From Cyanophora paradoxa CCMP329 (lineage: Eukaryota; Plantae; Glaucophyta), in contig QPMI01000170.1 in NCBI GenBank assembly GCA_004431415.1, positions 151,622 to 215,621 on the forward strand: 64,000 nucleotides of DNA, read 5' to 3'. Positions within the stretch are counted from its first letter, which is position 1, and every line of letters begins with the position of its first letter. The notes below the pieces were generated by a model that was given only the letters and a program-made list of their open reading frames with translations, did no database searches and had not been told where the DNA came from. This document shows positions 12,842 to 25,104 of this stretch, in pieces. A program made the translations under genes and the position numbers.

Positions 12842-13095
12842 GACTGCTGTTGATCGCCCCGCGGAATGACCCTACCCCCGGCTCGCTCCCCCCTCCTCAC
12901 CAGCGGGTACCGCGTCGAGCAAGTTTGAAGCTTTCCCGCGCCAGCAGCAGGCCCCGGAGCGCACGGATCGCCGCACGGAACATCACCATCGCATCAGCTG
13001 CCTCTCAGCGACTGCACCGCTCATTTAGACGAGGTGCGCGTTCCCGCGGTCGAGCGCAAGGCGCGCGGGAAGGCGTGCCGACGCGCCGAGCGCAG

Positions 13096-13520
13096 ATGGG
13101 TCCCTCAGATGATGTGCCGCACCCCCGCATCAACGGGGGAATGGTTCGGAGCATGGCAGGGAAGCCGGGCAAGGCCATCCTCGTCGGCCGCGTTCTCGGC
13201 ACAAGCGGGGCAACAGTAACGATCGAGGCGAGCGATGGCGCGGAGGTCATCGTCGCGCCGCGCGCACAATCGGCCGGCCTGTACAACCCTGGCAGTGTTC
13301 TCGAGGTGACTGGGACGGTGAACGCCACCGGCGTCGTTCAGGAGACGGAGCAACCCGTCGATCTCGGCGCCAACTTCGGTGCGGCCCGCTTGCGCACACC
13401 CCCTCACTCTCGCCGCGGGAATAAGGAACGCTCAATCGCGGTGCCGGCGCAGATTTGAAGCGCTACAACCAACTAGTTGGATTTGCAAACAACCAGTACG
13501 CAGGTCTTTTCAAGGTGTAG
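13096..13520 (+). CDS. RPA3: Replication protein A 14 kDa subunit
   Basis: PHPRINGGM...ILVGRV...TIEASDG...VLEVTGTVN...DLGANF|DLKRYNQLV...YAGLF, about 115 aa OB-fold with one coding intron. Confidence 0.85.
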
Positions 13521-13715
13521 CTAGAGCAGAGGCGTGTGTGTACAGTCTACAGGTTCAAATGCGCATGCAGCTTTCGTCCAGGGTTCCGGACAAATGCATG
13601 CCCCAGCCTGCAGCCCGTGCGCGGTCTTTCTCGCGGCCTCGCGTTCTATCTCAGGCGTGTGGTGAGGTCCTTGACTTGAAATACCATTTTGCACAAACGA
13701 TAGAACGGGCTGGCG

Positions 13716-15826
13716 CTAGCTTGCGGGACAGGAACTGGCGCGCGGGTAAAGGCGTCGAGGGCAGTCGTATTGCCGCCACTTGCGCAAGCTCCACGGGTTC
13801 GCCGACTCGATCGGCTGCTGCTTGTCCCGGATGGCGGCCAGCCGCTTCTGAAATCGCTCCCAGTTGTTGTCCTTCGCATACCCTGCGGATCGCTCGAAAG
13901 GAGTGCATCGCGAAGGAGGTACCGCGACACGCACGCTGCCACATGGGTCCGCTCGAGAAGATCCTGTGCTGGATCTGCGCAGGCGTCAGCGGCTAGCGCG
14001 GTCGAAGACGGGCGTGCGCCGCACGTTCTCGACGATGCTCTGCCCGTCAATCCAGAGGTCTGGGGGGCGTGGCGTGAGCGCTGCGGGGCCATCGAAGCGA
14101 CTGCAGCCGATGATCGACACGGACCGTAGCCGATGAGCTCGGCGCGAAGGCGGACATCGATCTGCAGGCGGGGCGCAGAGTCAGAGAAGGGCCGGCTCGG
14201 GGCGAGTTCGCGGCGGCGGCGGCGGCGGCGGCGGGCCTCGTGGCAGTCGTCGCCGACGTCGAGGAACTCGTCGAGGCCGTTCAGCGCCTCGTACGCGCTC
14301 CACGGCGCCGACGCGAAGCTGCCGCGCGAGGCCTCAGCCGCGGGCGGGGACGCGGTGCCGCGGGGCCCGGGGGGACCTCATCTCCCAGAAGGTGTCGGGC
14401 CCCGGCTGTTTCTCGAAGCCGGGCTTCCGGTTGATCACCTCCTGCGGCCTGCACCGGCACCAGCGTCAGTGATGTAAAGAGGCCTAGCGAGCCGGCGCAC
14501 CGGAAGAAGAACGGCGACCACTTGCCGCCGATCACGGAGGGAGGCTGCTTGACCTCCTCCTGCGCACCCGGCATCAGGACGACGCCCTGACGATTCTGCG
14601 CTACCCCGGGCCAAGGAACGAGCCTTGAAGATCAGGAGGGAGCGGAAATCGCCCATCGCCTCCTCGTCAATGATCGACTTGATGTCATTGTGCCCGTAAA
14701 CTGCATCCAGATAAGGGAGGGCGGTGGGAGGGAGAAGGGTGGGGTAGGGGGAAGGGAGGAGGGGGAGGGGGGGGGGGAGGGGGGGAGGGGGGCGGACATA
14801 TTTCGGGATACGCGAGGAAGGACTTCGGATGCTCCCGGTAGAACTCGATCGTCCGCTCGACGAAGCTAGAGGGTGGAGATCAGGGGAAATCTGGGTACAG
14901 CAGAGAGAGGCATGTCTTACCGCGGGGGTACCCAGGAGAAGTCCATCAGGATGGTGACAATTTCCCCCGAGATGAGGAGCAGCCTGCGCCGCCATCAGGC
15001 CCCGTGTCGCTTCTCAATTCCGCGTCAAGGGAGGGTTACCCCGTGTTGAGCGCCTTGTATATACCGAACTTGGTGCCCTTTAACTCGACGGACTGCAGGA
15101 GTCTCAACTTTTGGCAAGGGAGCGCGGCGGGCGGGCTCGTAAGAGAGGACGTGAACTGGCCTTGGGTCGGCTGGGGATGACGCCTAGGCAGGGTATTCCC
15201 TTTTCCTTGGCCATCTCCATAACCGCCGTACCCCGGTAGGCCGCCAGCTCGTCCACGCTGATGTGGGATTGAGGGGGGTCGACGGCAGATGAGGGCGGGA
15301 GCCGCACATGACAATCTCGTAATCCTGTGAAGTCTGTGCCGCGAGCGAGTTGAACAAGACGTCGTATCCACCGGGCCGCTTTGTCACGAATACCTGCGCA
15401 CGCGTGAGTCCTTAGCTCCGCCTGTTGCTCGCTTGCGGGCTCTCCGCGACAGCGGACAATTGAGAGGATGGGTTTCCTGCACGGCGGCTCGTAGCTAACG
15501 TCAATGAATAGCGGGACCGATGTGCAGTACTGCGTGGCCTCATCGTCATCTGCCCTCTTCGCTAGAAGCTGCGTGCTCCCCGCTTCGAGCTTGCTTGCGT
15601 CGACCAGGCTGGGCTGGGCTTGCTTGCTCTTCCGCGTAATGCTCTTCACAACCGGGACATCCACGAAAAACTGGCTCAGAATCACCAATAGGATAACCTT
15701 CGGACGAGGAGAGTCAGCGAGAGCGCAGACCAAGCCGCATCGGGCGCGCACCGCGCCTCCGGCCGCAACGGCGATGCGCCGCGAGCTGCGCTTCAACCGG
15801 CGCTGCAGCCGCCGCAGCGCGAGCAT
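13716..15826 (-). CDS. Type II membrane GT-A fold (GT2-like) glycosyltransferase
   Basis: Basic N-terminus and TM segment VILLVILSQFFV, then VFVTKRPGGYDVLFNSLAAQTSQDYEIV, KALNTG|LLLISGEIVTILMDFSWVPPRFVE and YEALNGLDEFLDVGDDCHE|IDVRLRAELIGY. Confidence 0.7.
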
Positions 15827-16205
15827 CCCTTAAAAGCGCGCCTCCTTTCCGCCGCGCCGCCCGTTTGAGCTTATGAGTTCGAGCGGTTGTCTTCGTGCGC
15901 GACGCGCTACGCGTGGGTGGCAGGCCGCGGGCGGCGGGCGGCGGGCCGCGGGCGGCGGGCCGCGGGCCAAGACTGGGGGTATCGCTGCTGGATCAAATCG
16001 CGGCGGCGAGCCGAACTCTCTTGCATTAGCACACAACACAACTACAATGAGTTTCACATCGCCCAATAAATCTCTCCGACTAGATATTATCGAGGACCGT
16101 GCGGCGGCGAGCCGTATCCCGGCTTAAGCTCGGCCGCCTCGGCGAAGCACGAAGCACAAAAGCACAAAGCTCAGCGAAGAACGAAGCACAGCAAGAGGGT
16201 CGGCG

Positions 16206-18006
16206 ATGAAGGTGGCCGACGGTGCGGGGATGCGAAAGCGGGCAATTGCAAAGGGCGCCAGCTGCCTCCACGAGAGCGCATCCCGGGATTCAGCTCAAAC
16301 CGAGTATGAGGCGAAGGACCTTGCCGCTCGAGCGTCGAGCTCAGCGTCGAACCCCTCCACCCGAGCGGCGCCGCACGTCCAGCGCGAAGAGGCGTTCGAT
16401 GGCCTGCGAGGAGTGTGCGTGTTATGCCACGCTCGCGCGCGTCTGCTCGACTGCGCCCTGCCTGCCTCACTTGGGCGCTGCCTGCCTGCCTGCCTGCCTG
16501 ACTGTGCCACTCGTCTATCGGTTTAACTCTTGGATCCTGCAGCGCGGTACTCTTGGTTGCATGGAGTCACACAAGCCCGTGGTTGATCAACTATTATCAG
16601 GTGCATGCGCATGCGTCGAGCGCAATCAAATCGCTACTAAGCCGGCCGGGCCCCCGTGCTGCTGACTTTCACTCTGTAGGGAATGCACGACCTCCGCTAC
16701 TACGGCCTCTTCACGGTAAATTCTGATAGGGGAGGGGTCCGCTGCGGGCGAAGCTTTTAAGCCGAACATGTTGATATATAGCGCCGGCGGCCGCCTTGAT
16801 TGACGCCTGCCCAGTTTTTCGTACTCAGCATCTTTCTGCTTGTCAAGAAGTGTCTTCAACTCCCACGCTCGCTGGCGCTCTCCCTCTCTTGGTGGCTCCG
16901 ATTCAGTCTCAAAAGATTTGCCCGCGTTCTGCCCCTTTACTACGCCATCATTTTCTGCATCTCTAAGAACGAGTTTCTCAACGAGAGCTTCTCCGGCCTT
17001 GTCGGTGGGCCTCTCCGACCCCTCCAAAATCTCTTTCCGACCCCGACCGGCCTGAGCCGCGGCGTCGCCCAGGCTGGACGGAGGACTACTACCTCCTGCG
17101 TAAGCCTGTGCACGTTTTTTGGACGATCCCGATGGAGCTGGAGGCGTACCTCATCGTACCCCTAGCGGCCGTACCCGTGCAGCTCGCACCTCGCGCGGCG
17201 CCCCTCGTCTCCCTCGCTCTAGCCGCCGCCGGCTACGGCGCCTGGCAGCGGTACCCCCTCTCGACCTACCCAGACTGGTGCCTGCATCTGTCGTCCCCCG
17301 CGAGCCTCATCCTGCTCCTTATTGCCCGCGCAGGTATGCCCACATCTGGCCGTACAGCCCCGTGTTTCTGTGGGCCGCGTCAGCGGCGGTTCTAGGCAAC
17401 TACCTGGCTCGAGGGCCCCTGGCCAAGCAGGGCCCGCAGGCGGGCCGGGTGGGCTGCATCGCGTGCGCCGTCGCCCGGTGGTTCATGGACCTGGCGTGCT
17501 TCGGCCTGGTGGTACTGGCGATTTGGACGAAGCACACCCTGGACCCGCAGCCCGACCGCCGCGTGGTCACTGCCGGTGAGCTACACTTCTCAGCACTAGA
17601 CTCCATGTGCATCAGCTGAATTCGGCCAGGCCTTCTCATCGTAATGCTCGTTCTATGCCTTTCACTGAGCCCCGGCCTCCGCTTCTCCCGGCTACTCTCT
17701 TGGTCCCTCCTTGTCTTTCTGGGGAGGATCTCCTACACCTTCTACCTCCTTCACGTCGTTGCCCGGTGACTGCTTCCTTGTTCCCCCCCCCCCCCCCCCT
17801 TCCCCTCTCCTTCCAATCTGCCCGTCCTCATCGAAGCGCGCGCATGCAGGCACGTCGTCAACTATGGTTACTTTGCCTTTCTCACCAATAAGCAACCGGT
17901 GGAGTTCGCAATGCTGTACTTCCTGGTTTCGGGGGCCCTCGGCGCCCTCGCACACTTCCTCGTGGAATGGCCACTCACTCTCGTGACCAATTACCTCCTT
18001 CCCTAG
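16206..18006 (+). CDS. Acyltransferase family 3 (OafA/YrhL-like membrane O-acyltransferase)
   Basis: FDGLRG, VLSIFLL, RFSLKRFARVLPLYY, HVFWTIPMELEAYLIVPL and RISYTFYLLH motifs, with many hydrophobic segments. Confidence 0.85.
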
Positions 18007-18399
18007 CTATAGCCCAACAGGGCACGTGCATCAAAGTCGTAGCATCCCGATTGCCCTACTGTCCATCTCAGGCCCGGCATCGCAGATCGAAGTAAGAGCC
18101 AACTTTACAGAGTAACACGTGCGGGAATGTACAGGGCTACGCTATAAATGTAGCGAGGGAACTCGCTGGTAGATCTACAATAAGCAAATAGAAACGAAAG
18201 AATCTACAAGGACGCCTACCGGACGAAAGTCTATAGAAAGCCTAACGACACTCGGGTTGGGGCAAAATTTTGTACGTAGAAATGCGCATACCAAGCACAA
18301 GAGATGGCCGGCATTCGCCCCCGAGCAACATGCATCCAGCAGGCTACGGTCATGACCGACAGATCATCCCAGCCAGAGGAAGCGGTGTTGCCAAGGATG

Positions 18400-19526
18400 C
18401 TAATCGTCCTGTGATCGCATCATTAGCGGGTGAAGCGAATACTGGATACGCGTTGGGCCCACCATCTCTTCGACGCTCATATAGCCGCCCTCTTTCACGT
18501 CGTCGGCGCCGTCATCCTCGCTCATACGCTCGCCGTCCTCGTCCTCGGTCGACTCTTCGGCGTCCGAGTTCGGCGCAAGCTTGCTGCAAGTTCGAAACGC
18601 GCTATCAGCTATCTGAAAAGGACAAGAGAGCGCGCGGAACACTCGTGGATTGCTAGAAACACAACTAAGCCGCAGACGCCTCGCTGCGAGCGCGCGAACC
18701 TCTTGCTTGTGCAAGTGAAGAATATGACCTTCCTCTTCCGCTTGTTGTAGAAGAAGTAGTTGAAGGACCACCTGCGCGGACCTGGTCAGGCACGCACGCG
18801 GGCATTCAAATCGGCACCTGCGCACAATTTGCCCTCGGAGAGCGGGTCCGAGTCGAGGTCCGGCAAGTAGCTGTATATAGAGCATTCGTCCGGCTGGATG
18901 ACTTCAAAGATGGCCGCCCACAGGCGCTCACAAAGGCCGCTCCCATTGCGGTCAAAGGCCTCGGCCAGGCTCGCGTTCACGTGGTTGATGACCATCCGGA
19001 GGTCAGGTTCCTTCGTGAATTGCTCCGGCTTGACATTCCTGCGCCCCGGTCAGCACGGCCGTTCCGCGCAAAAACTGGAGGGGCGGCCAACACGACGCAC
19101 GAGAAGTCGTAGTCCGGGAAGCTCGCGTTCAGGGTCGCGATAAGGTTGATAAGAACCTTCCTGTGATTCAAGGGGTCAGTTTCGCAGCGCGCGGATGAGG
19201 AAGATTCGCACCGATTCGCGGCATCCGTGAGGCTGCCAAGCGGAGAAACCAGGAGAGGCTCCGGGCTCGTTGCCAGCTCGGATTCAATCTTCGATTCAAT
19301 CTTCGCAGCGAGCTGCTTCTCTCCGCTGGCCTGTTTGCCTGCGGAGCGGTTCCAAATAAACGAGCAATCAGCACCGGGCTCCGGAACCGGCGGAACACGA
19401 GGGGCAGCAAGCTAAGAATCACGCACAACTGTACACTTCCAGCCGGCCAGTAAGCCTGCTGTCGACCAGGTTCGCCCGGAGCTCTGAGTTCAACGCCGAA
19501 AGCGTTGGGTCGTCAATCCACCTCAT
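18400..19526 (-). CDS. MAF1: Repressor of RNA polymerase III transcription MAF1
   Basis: GRLEVYSC|K, RKVLINLIATLNASFPDYDFS, CSIYSYLPDLDSDPL, LWSFNYFFYNKRKRKVIFF and an acidic tail. Confidence 0.95.
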
Positions 19527-19747
19527 GTTGGGTCCTTTTGCTGCTCACAACTCTATCCTGTCGATCATAAAAGCTGTGGGAGCTGGCGAGGCTGAGTTGC
19601 GGTTGTTGATTCTCTGACGATGGGGGGTACAGCCACTCTGGGTTCTTGGAGGCGCGCGCTGCCAGTCGAGGGTTGCAGGCTCGAGCTCCACACGCGTACG
19701 TACACGCTGCCCCAGCTGCAGTAGGATAGCTATATAACAACAACTTG

Positions 19748-21888
19748 TTATATATAGCAACAACTTGTACGAAGTACTATCAACAGAAAGCGGCTCGAGC
19801 TTCGACGCGCGCCGCTAGGCCTGCGCTCCCTCGGGTCCCCCGCCGCTCTCCGACGCCGCGTCTGGCCGAAGGAAGTGCACCGCGGTGTCGGGCATGGCCT
19901 GCGCAGGTCATAGAGCTCAGGGGCGGGAAGCTGGGGCTGAAGCGCAGGGAGGGTCGAGGGCACGGCGCGGATGAGCTCCTGCTCGATGCGCGCGAGGCCC
20001 GTCGACCCGGCGCCGTCCAGAATGAGCTCCTGGCGGGCGGCGTGAGGCTCAGATGGGGAAAAGAGGCGGGTGTGCATGCGCCTGGAGGAAGGCGCCGAGC
20101 GCGTCAAATGCTTCGAGGCAGGCGGGGACGTCGAGCGGGCCCTCGAGCTTCAGGCGCCGCAGCGAGGGCACCTCCGCAGCCAGCCGCGCCAGCAGCGCGG
20201 GGGGCGCCCCCTGCCCCGCCCCCCGTCAGCACGCACGCCGGCGGGGACCGCGCCCGGGGGCGGGGGCGGGCCTGGGCGCCGGTCTCGAGGGAGAGCTCGC
20301 GGAGGCGGGCGAGGCCGCCGAGCGGGTGCTCGGCCAGCTGGGCGGCCCAGTCCGCCTCGGCGCCCCACGCGAGGAGGCGCAGGCACTGCGCGCCCGTCAG
20401 GCGGGGCGTCGGCCGGCGTCCAGAGCGCGGGCGGGCCTCGAGGTTCGCAAGGGAGGGGATGGCGGCAACTACCGAGTCGTGGTCCGGGCCCCCGTCGAAC
20501 TGGATCTCCTGGGGGCGAGGTGAGGGCCGTGCCGGGGGCGGTTGCGCGACAGGCTCTGACCAGGCAGCGGAGGGTGGGGCGAAGGGCGGCGAGCGGGGCG
20601 GCGTCGAGTTGCACGTCGAGTGTGCAAAGACTGCGGCCCGTGCGTGCCGTGAGCCGGTCCCGCCCGCGGGCGTGCGGCGTCGGCCTGGCGGGGAGGGGCG
20701 TGGCGGGGAGGCACCTGAGCTTCTCGAGGCGGGTGAGGGAGTGCAGGAAGCGGAGGCTGCCGAAGGTGGCCCCCATGTCGAGGTCCCGCAGCGCCGTCAG
20801 CGCCTCCAGCGGCGCCACGTCCCACTCCCGCGCCGGCGGCCACACCGAGTCCCCGTCCTCCCCCCGGAAGAAGAACGCCTGCCGGCCTCTTATTGGGCGC
20901 GGCGGGGTGCGCGTGGTGGCAATCGAGCACCAGGCTCTCGAGGCGGGTCAGGGCGGCGACGGCCTGCACGGCGGGCCTGATGGACTCGCCCTCCGCGGTG
21001 TAGGATGAGACGGTGAGCGCGGTGAGGTGCTCCGCGGCGCACGCCGAGAGCGCCCGCAGCTGCGCGCTGGAGAGGGAGATATTGTCGAGCTGCAGCGTCC
21101 TGATCCGCGTGCTCTTGAGGAGCAGGGACAGGGCCGCTTGACACGCGGGGAAGATGAAGTGCAGAGAGAATTCATCGGACACCTTGGCTTCTTTAGAAAC
21201 GGAAAGATTCGGACGCATAATACGCAAAGCTAAAACACCTGCAGGGCCAGCGACTGGAGCGCCTCGAACTTCCTCAGGAGCGGAAGCGCGCCGACGGGGA
21301 CTTCGTTGAGCAGTTCTCCCCGAAACTGCTCGACGTTAGTCAGTTGACGCACCTGCGGGACGCCACGCGCACCTCGATCCGCAGCTTCCGGAGCCCGCAG
21401 CGCAGCGGAGTCTTATACAGCGTGTGCACATCCTCGTACACGAGAGATGCGTCGGTGAGAAGCAGTGATCGTACGTTTTTCAAAGCTGAGGGCGGGGCCG
21501 CCGCCAGCGCCGCGATGTCGCTCGAGCTCGCCCGCTGGACCGCCAGCGACTCCCAGAGCGTCGGGTGCGTGAACCCGACGCGGCGGAACCGCCTGCAGAC
21601 CCGAGCCAGCCTCAGGACGCAAATAGGTTCCACCTCGCGCAGCGCCGGGACGTCTGGCCTCGCGCAGGGTCACGCGGGTGCTCTTAACGGCATGCGCAGC
21701 TAGTCGGGGCGCTGACCCGCTGGGGAAGGAAACTGCGGGCACGGCGGCGGTTCCAGCAGCTGCTCAGGCCGCCGCTCGGACGCCATGCGGAGGATCAGGG
21801 CCATGAGGTCGTCCGGAACAGAGTCGAACGCGCCGGCAGGCTCGGCAACGCGGCCGAGCTTCCCACACACGACGCTGGAGCGCGGCAT
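19748..21888 (-). CDS. F-box/LRR-repeat protein
   Basis: FDSVPDDLMALIL...LARVCRRFRRVGFTHPTLW (F-box), then LRR-like units LRKLRI, IRTLQL, LTRLESLVL and LTALRDLDM. The 3' end is approximate. Confidence 0.75.
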
Positions 21889-22240
21889 TGAGTCTGGAAG
21901 GCCAGCTGTGCTGGTGCGCTCGATGGCAGCCCAACTTCTCGTACCCACTACGCTGGCCGCCCGTACCCCCCACCACCAAAGACCCTTTATACGAAACCAG
22001 CAGACATGGCTCCGAACCCTTGTAAGCCTTGTAACCGCTACTCCGCCTCCACCACCTCCGCCTCCGTCATGTCCTCCTCCGCCGCCATCACAACCATGCA
22101 GCTCGCCGGACCATGCGTCGTCGGCCCGGGGGCGCCGTAACCCTACTAGATAGCAAGCTTCTAGCCTCGCGCGCTCCCGCGCGCAAGTTCCCTCCGGCCC
22201 GGCGGTCGCGCGGCCACCTGACACGACCACTTCCAAGAAC

Positions 22241-24234
22241 ATGGTCGGAAAAGCAACGCCTCTTTCCTATGCGGGCAACCGCGGCAGCCTCCTTGCTGCC
22301 GAGCTCGCGACCTTCGCTGTTTCGAATTCAATGGATCCGCGGCCGAATCCCGACCTCGAGGTCAGCGTCTCCAGCCCGCCGACTAGCCCCTGCGTTCGGG
22401 CAACCAGCTCTCCTCGTGCGCGCCTTGGGTTCTCCCCAGGCTGCGCTCGCGCGAACAGCAGCAGCGAGCGTATCCGCCTCCCTTCAGTGGCAGAGCTCTC
22501 GCCAGCCGCGGCCGTCGACTTCGCGGATACTTCTTCTTCCGATGAAAGCAGCGCTGACTCTGGCTCAGCTCCCAGCAGCGGCACGTCGACTCGGATTGAC
22601 CCCACGTTCGCCCCTCCCGAGCCCGGGCACCGGCCCCGTCGTGTGCGCTCGACCGACTTCGAGGTCATCACACGTGCGTTTTTCCCCAGTTACCGTCTAA
22701 CACTAAATTAACAGCCCGTTGATAGTGGGTTATAAATCTGGCCCTCCCTTAGGCGGAATAACAGCGAATGGGGCGGTGATGTTGCGCCACCTAACCGTTG
22801 AGCTGTCACTTGCAGCCCTCGGGTCGGGAGGGTTCGGATCGGTATATCTTGGTGCACTGTTTCTCTCCCTTTTCCCTGGACGTTCTTTTGGCTGCGTGAA
22901 CTTACGAGATCTACTTTTTTAGTTCGGCACCGCGCCACCGGCGGCATCTACGCTCTGAAGGTCATGCGGAAGGATCAATTGATTCAGCGGGAACAGGCAC
23001 ACTACGTGAAGGCGGAAAAGGAAATTCTTCTTGCCGCCGGCTCGCATCCCTTCATCGCCGATTTAAGCGCGTCGATGCAGTCCGCGACCCGCGTCTGTGC
23101 GCTCCTTGTCGAGTAATCCTTTGTCGGGTGGACCCCCTCACTCCTTTCCCAGACCTCGTCCTCAAGTTCTGCGCGGGCGGCGAGCTCTTCAATCGCCTCC
23201 GGACGGAGAAGATGCTGGCAGAAGACCAAGCGCGATTCTACGCGGCAGAAGTGAGCCGGCTGATTGTTTTTGAACGCGGCGCCCAGCTTAGAGCATCTGT
23301 GTCCCGTCAGGTTGCGCTGGCCATTTCCCATCTCCACTCCTTGGGCATCGTGCATCGCGATTTGAAGCCCGAGAACATTCTGCTGGATCGCGAGGGACAC
23401 GTATGCGTGACGGACTTCGGCCTCGGCCGGCAGAACATCGACGAGGAGAGTGCCACGACCCTTGCTGGCACGGCGGAGTACATGGCGCCGGTGGGCATCC
23501 TGTCGCCGGGGCTCGTTTGCTTCTGACCGTTTCGGGCGCGCAGGAGATCGTCGCGGGGGTCGGGTACGGTAGGGCAGTCGACTATTATTCGCTCGGCTGC
23601 CTCCTCTTCGAGATGCTCTGCGGCGACCCGCCGTTCCCTCGTGCGCCCCGCCGCCCCGCCAGCGCCAGCGCGACGAGGCTCACCGGGGGGGCGGGCAGGC
23701 CCCAAGAACGGGAACGTGAAGGAACTGCACAAGGCCATCCTGGGGAACAAGTTCAAGCTGCCGAGCTACCTCTCTAACGAGGCGCGCTCCCTCCTTAAGG
23801 GCCTCCTCCACAAGGACCCCGCCCAGCGCCTCGGCTCCAAGGCCGGCATCGAGGAGATCAAGAAGCACCGTGCGCCGGCCCCCTTTCGCTCGATCCCCCC
23901 CCTGCTGACCGGCGCGGCAGCCTTCTTCTTCCGCAAGATCAACTTCGAGAAGCTGTATGCGCGGCAGATCGTGCCGCCCTTCGTCCCGAGCTTCCCGGGG
24001 GGCGAGATGGACGTCTCCAACTTCGACCCGCGCGCCACGGCCGGCGGCCGCGCCGCCAGCGACATCTCGCGCCTCCTCGACGCCGGTGCCCCCGCCGGCT
24101 CCGTGCCCGTCCCGGCCCCCGGGGGCGGCGAGGCGGACCACGAGGCGGCCTTCAAGGCCTTCTCGTGGTACGGGCCCTCCCTGCTCGCCTCCCTCGAGCT
24201 CGCCGCCGCCCGCCCCAGCCCCGGGGCCGCCTAG
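22241..24234 (+). CDS. AGC-family Ser/Thr kinase (S6K/RSK-like)
   Basis: [49 protein letters not shown] and the hydrophobic motif FKAFSW. Confidence 0.92.
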
Positions 24235-24582
24235 CCCCTCCCCTCTCCCGCCCCCGCGGCGCCCACGGCAGCCCTCCAGGCCCCCCCGGGCCCGGTCCCC
24301 CTTCGGCGCGCTCCCGTTTTGTCCTTTCGCCTCTCTCTCTAGATTTCGCGGGGCAGACAGTGCAGCTTCCCGCGCGTTTGCTTTCTCTGCAGCGCGGGGC
24401 AGAATGTGTAGCTTCCGCGCACGCAAGGGCTTTCCCTCTCAAGCTTTAGTACCTAGGGCAGGTAGACGATGCAGCAGCACTCGCGCTGTACAGGCGTGCG
24501 CGTTTCACCACGCATATTGCTCACAACAGGTTTAATAATACTTCGCTGTATCTTGCCACAGTGCAGTCCTTTCATACCCTGA

Positions 24583-24601
24583 GGTGTGTGTGTGTGTGTG
24601 T
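24583..24601. repeat. (GT)n microsatellite
   Basis: About 9 GT units. Confidence 0.85.
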
Positions 24602-25104
24602 CCTTGGCATGATTGCTTCGCCGCAGACTCCCAGTGTTCCGCTCTTGAGAACTCAAGAGCCCAGCTGATTTCGTACTTGCAAATCATATTTTTTAGAACT
24701 CAAGAGCGAATTTTTACTATGTAGCGCTATTGCAAGTTCTGCAAGCGGAGCTCCAACAATTGGACAGTTCGTTATCACTGAGAGTCATATGTAGAATTGA
24801 GTCATCGTATCGATTCGTATGTAGAACTCGGAATTGAGTCAGGTCAAGTAGTTCGCTATCTTATGTAGAATTGACAAGTCGTACACAAGGAGCGCAGGGC
24901 CGGGTGCCGGGGGCGAGTGAGTTGGGGGAGCAGTGGAAGTGACCCTACGGCTAATTGAACAGAGGGAGCTTCGGAGAGGCGAGGGGGAAAGGTGGAGAGA
25001 GGCACTTGGGCGGAATGGGCAAGAGGACGGGCAGGGACGGATTGCGGGGTTTGAGGCTCCGCAGGCAGGCCTCACTGAGTCACGAACCCTCTGCGGATCA
25101 GGAG

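Noticed and set aside
18400-24234. TOR-pathway cluster (MAF1 with the S6K-like kinase) and splicing-gene cluster (SUGP1, SNRNP40, Btz)
   Set aside because: The genes are separated by unrelated genes, and chance adjacency in a compact genome is sufficient.
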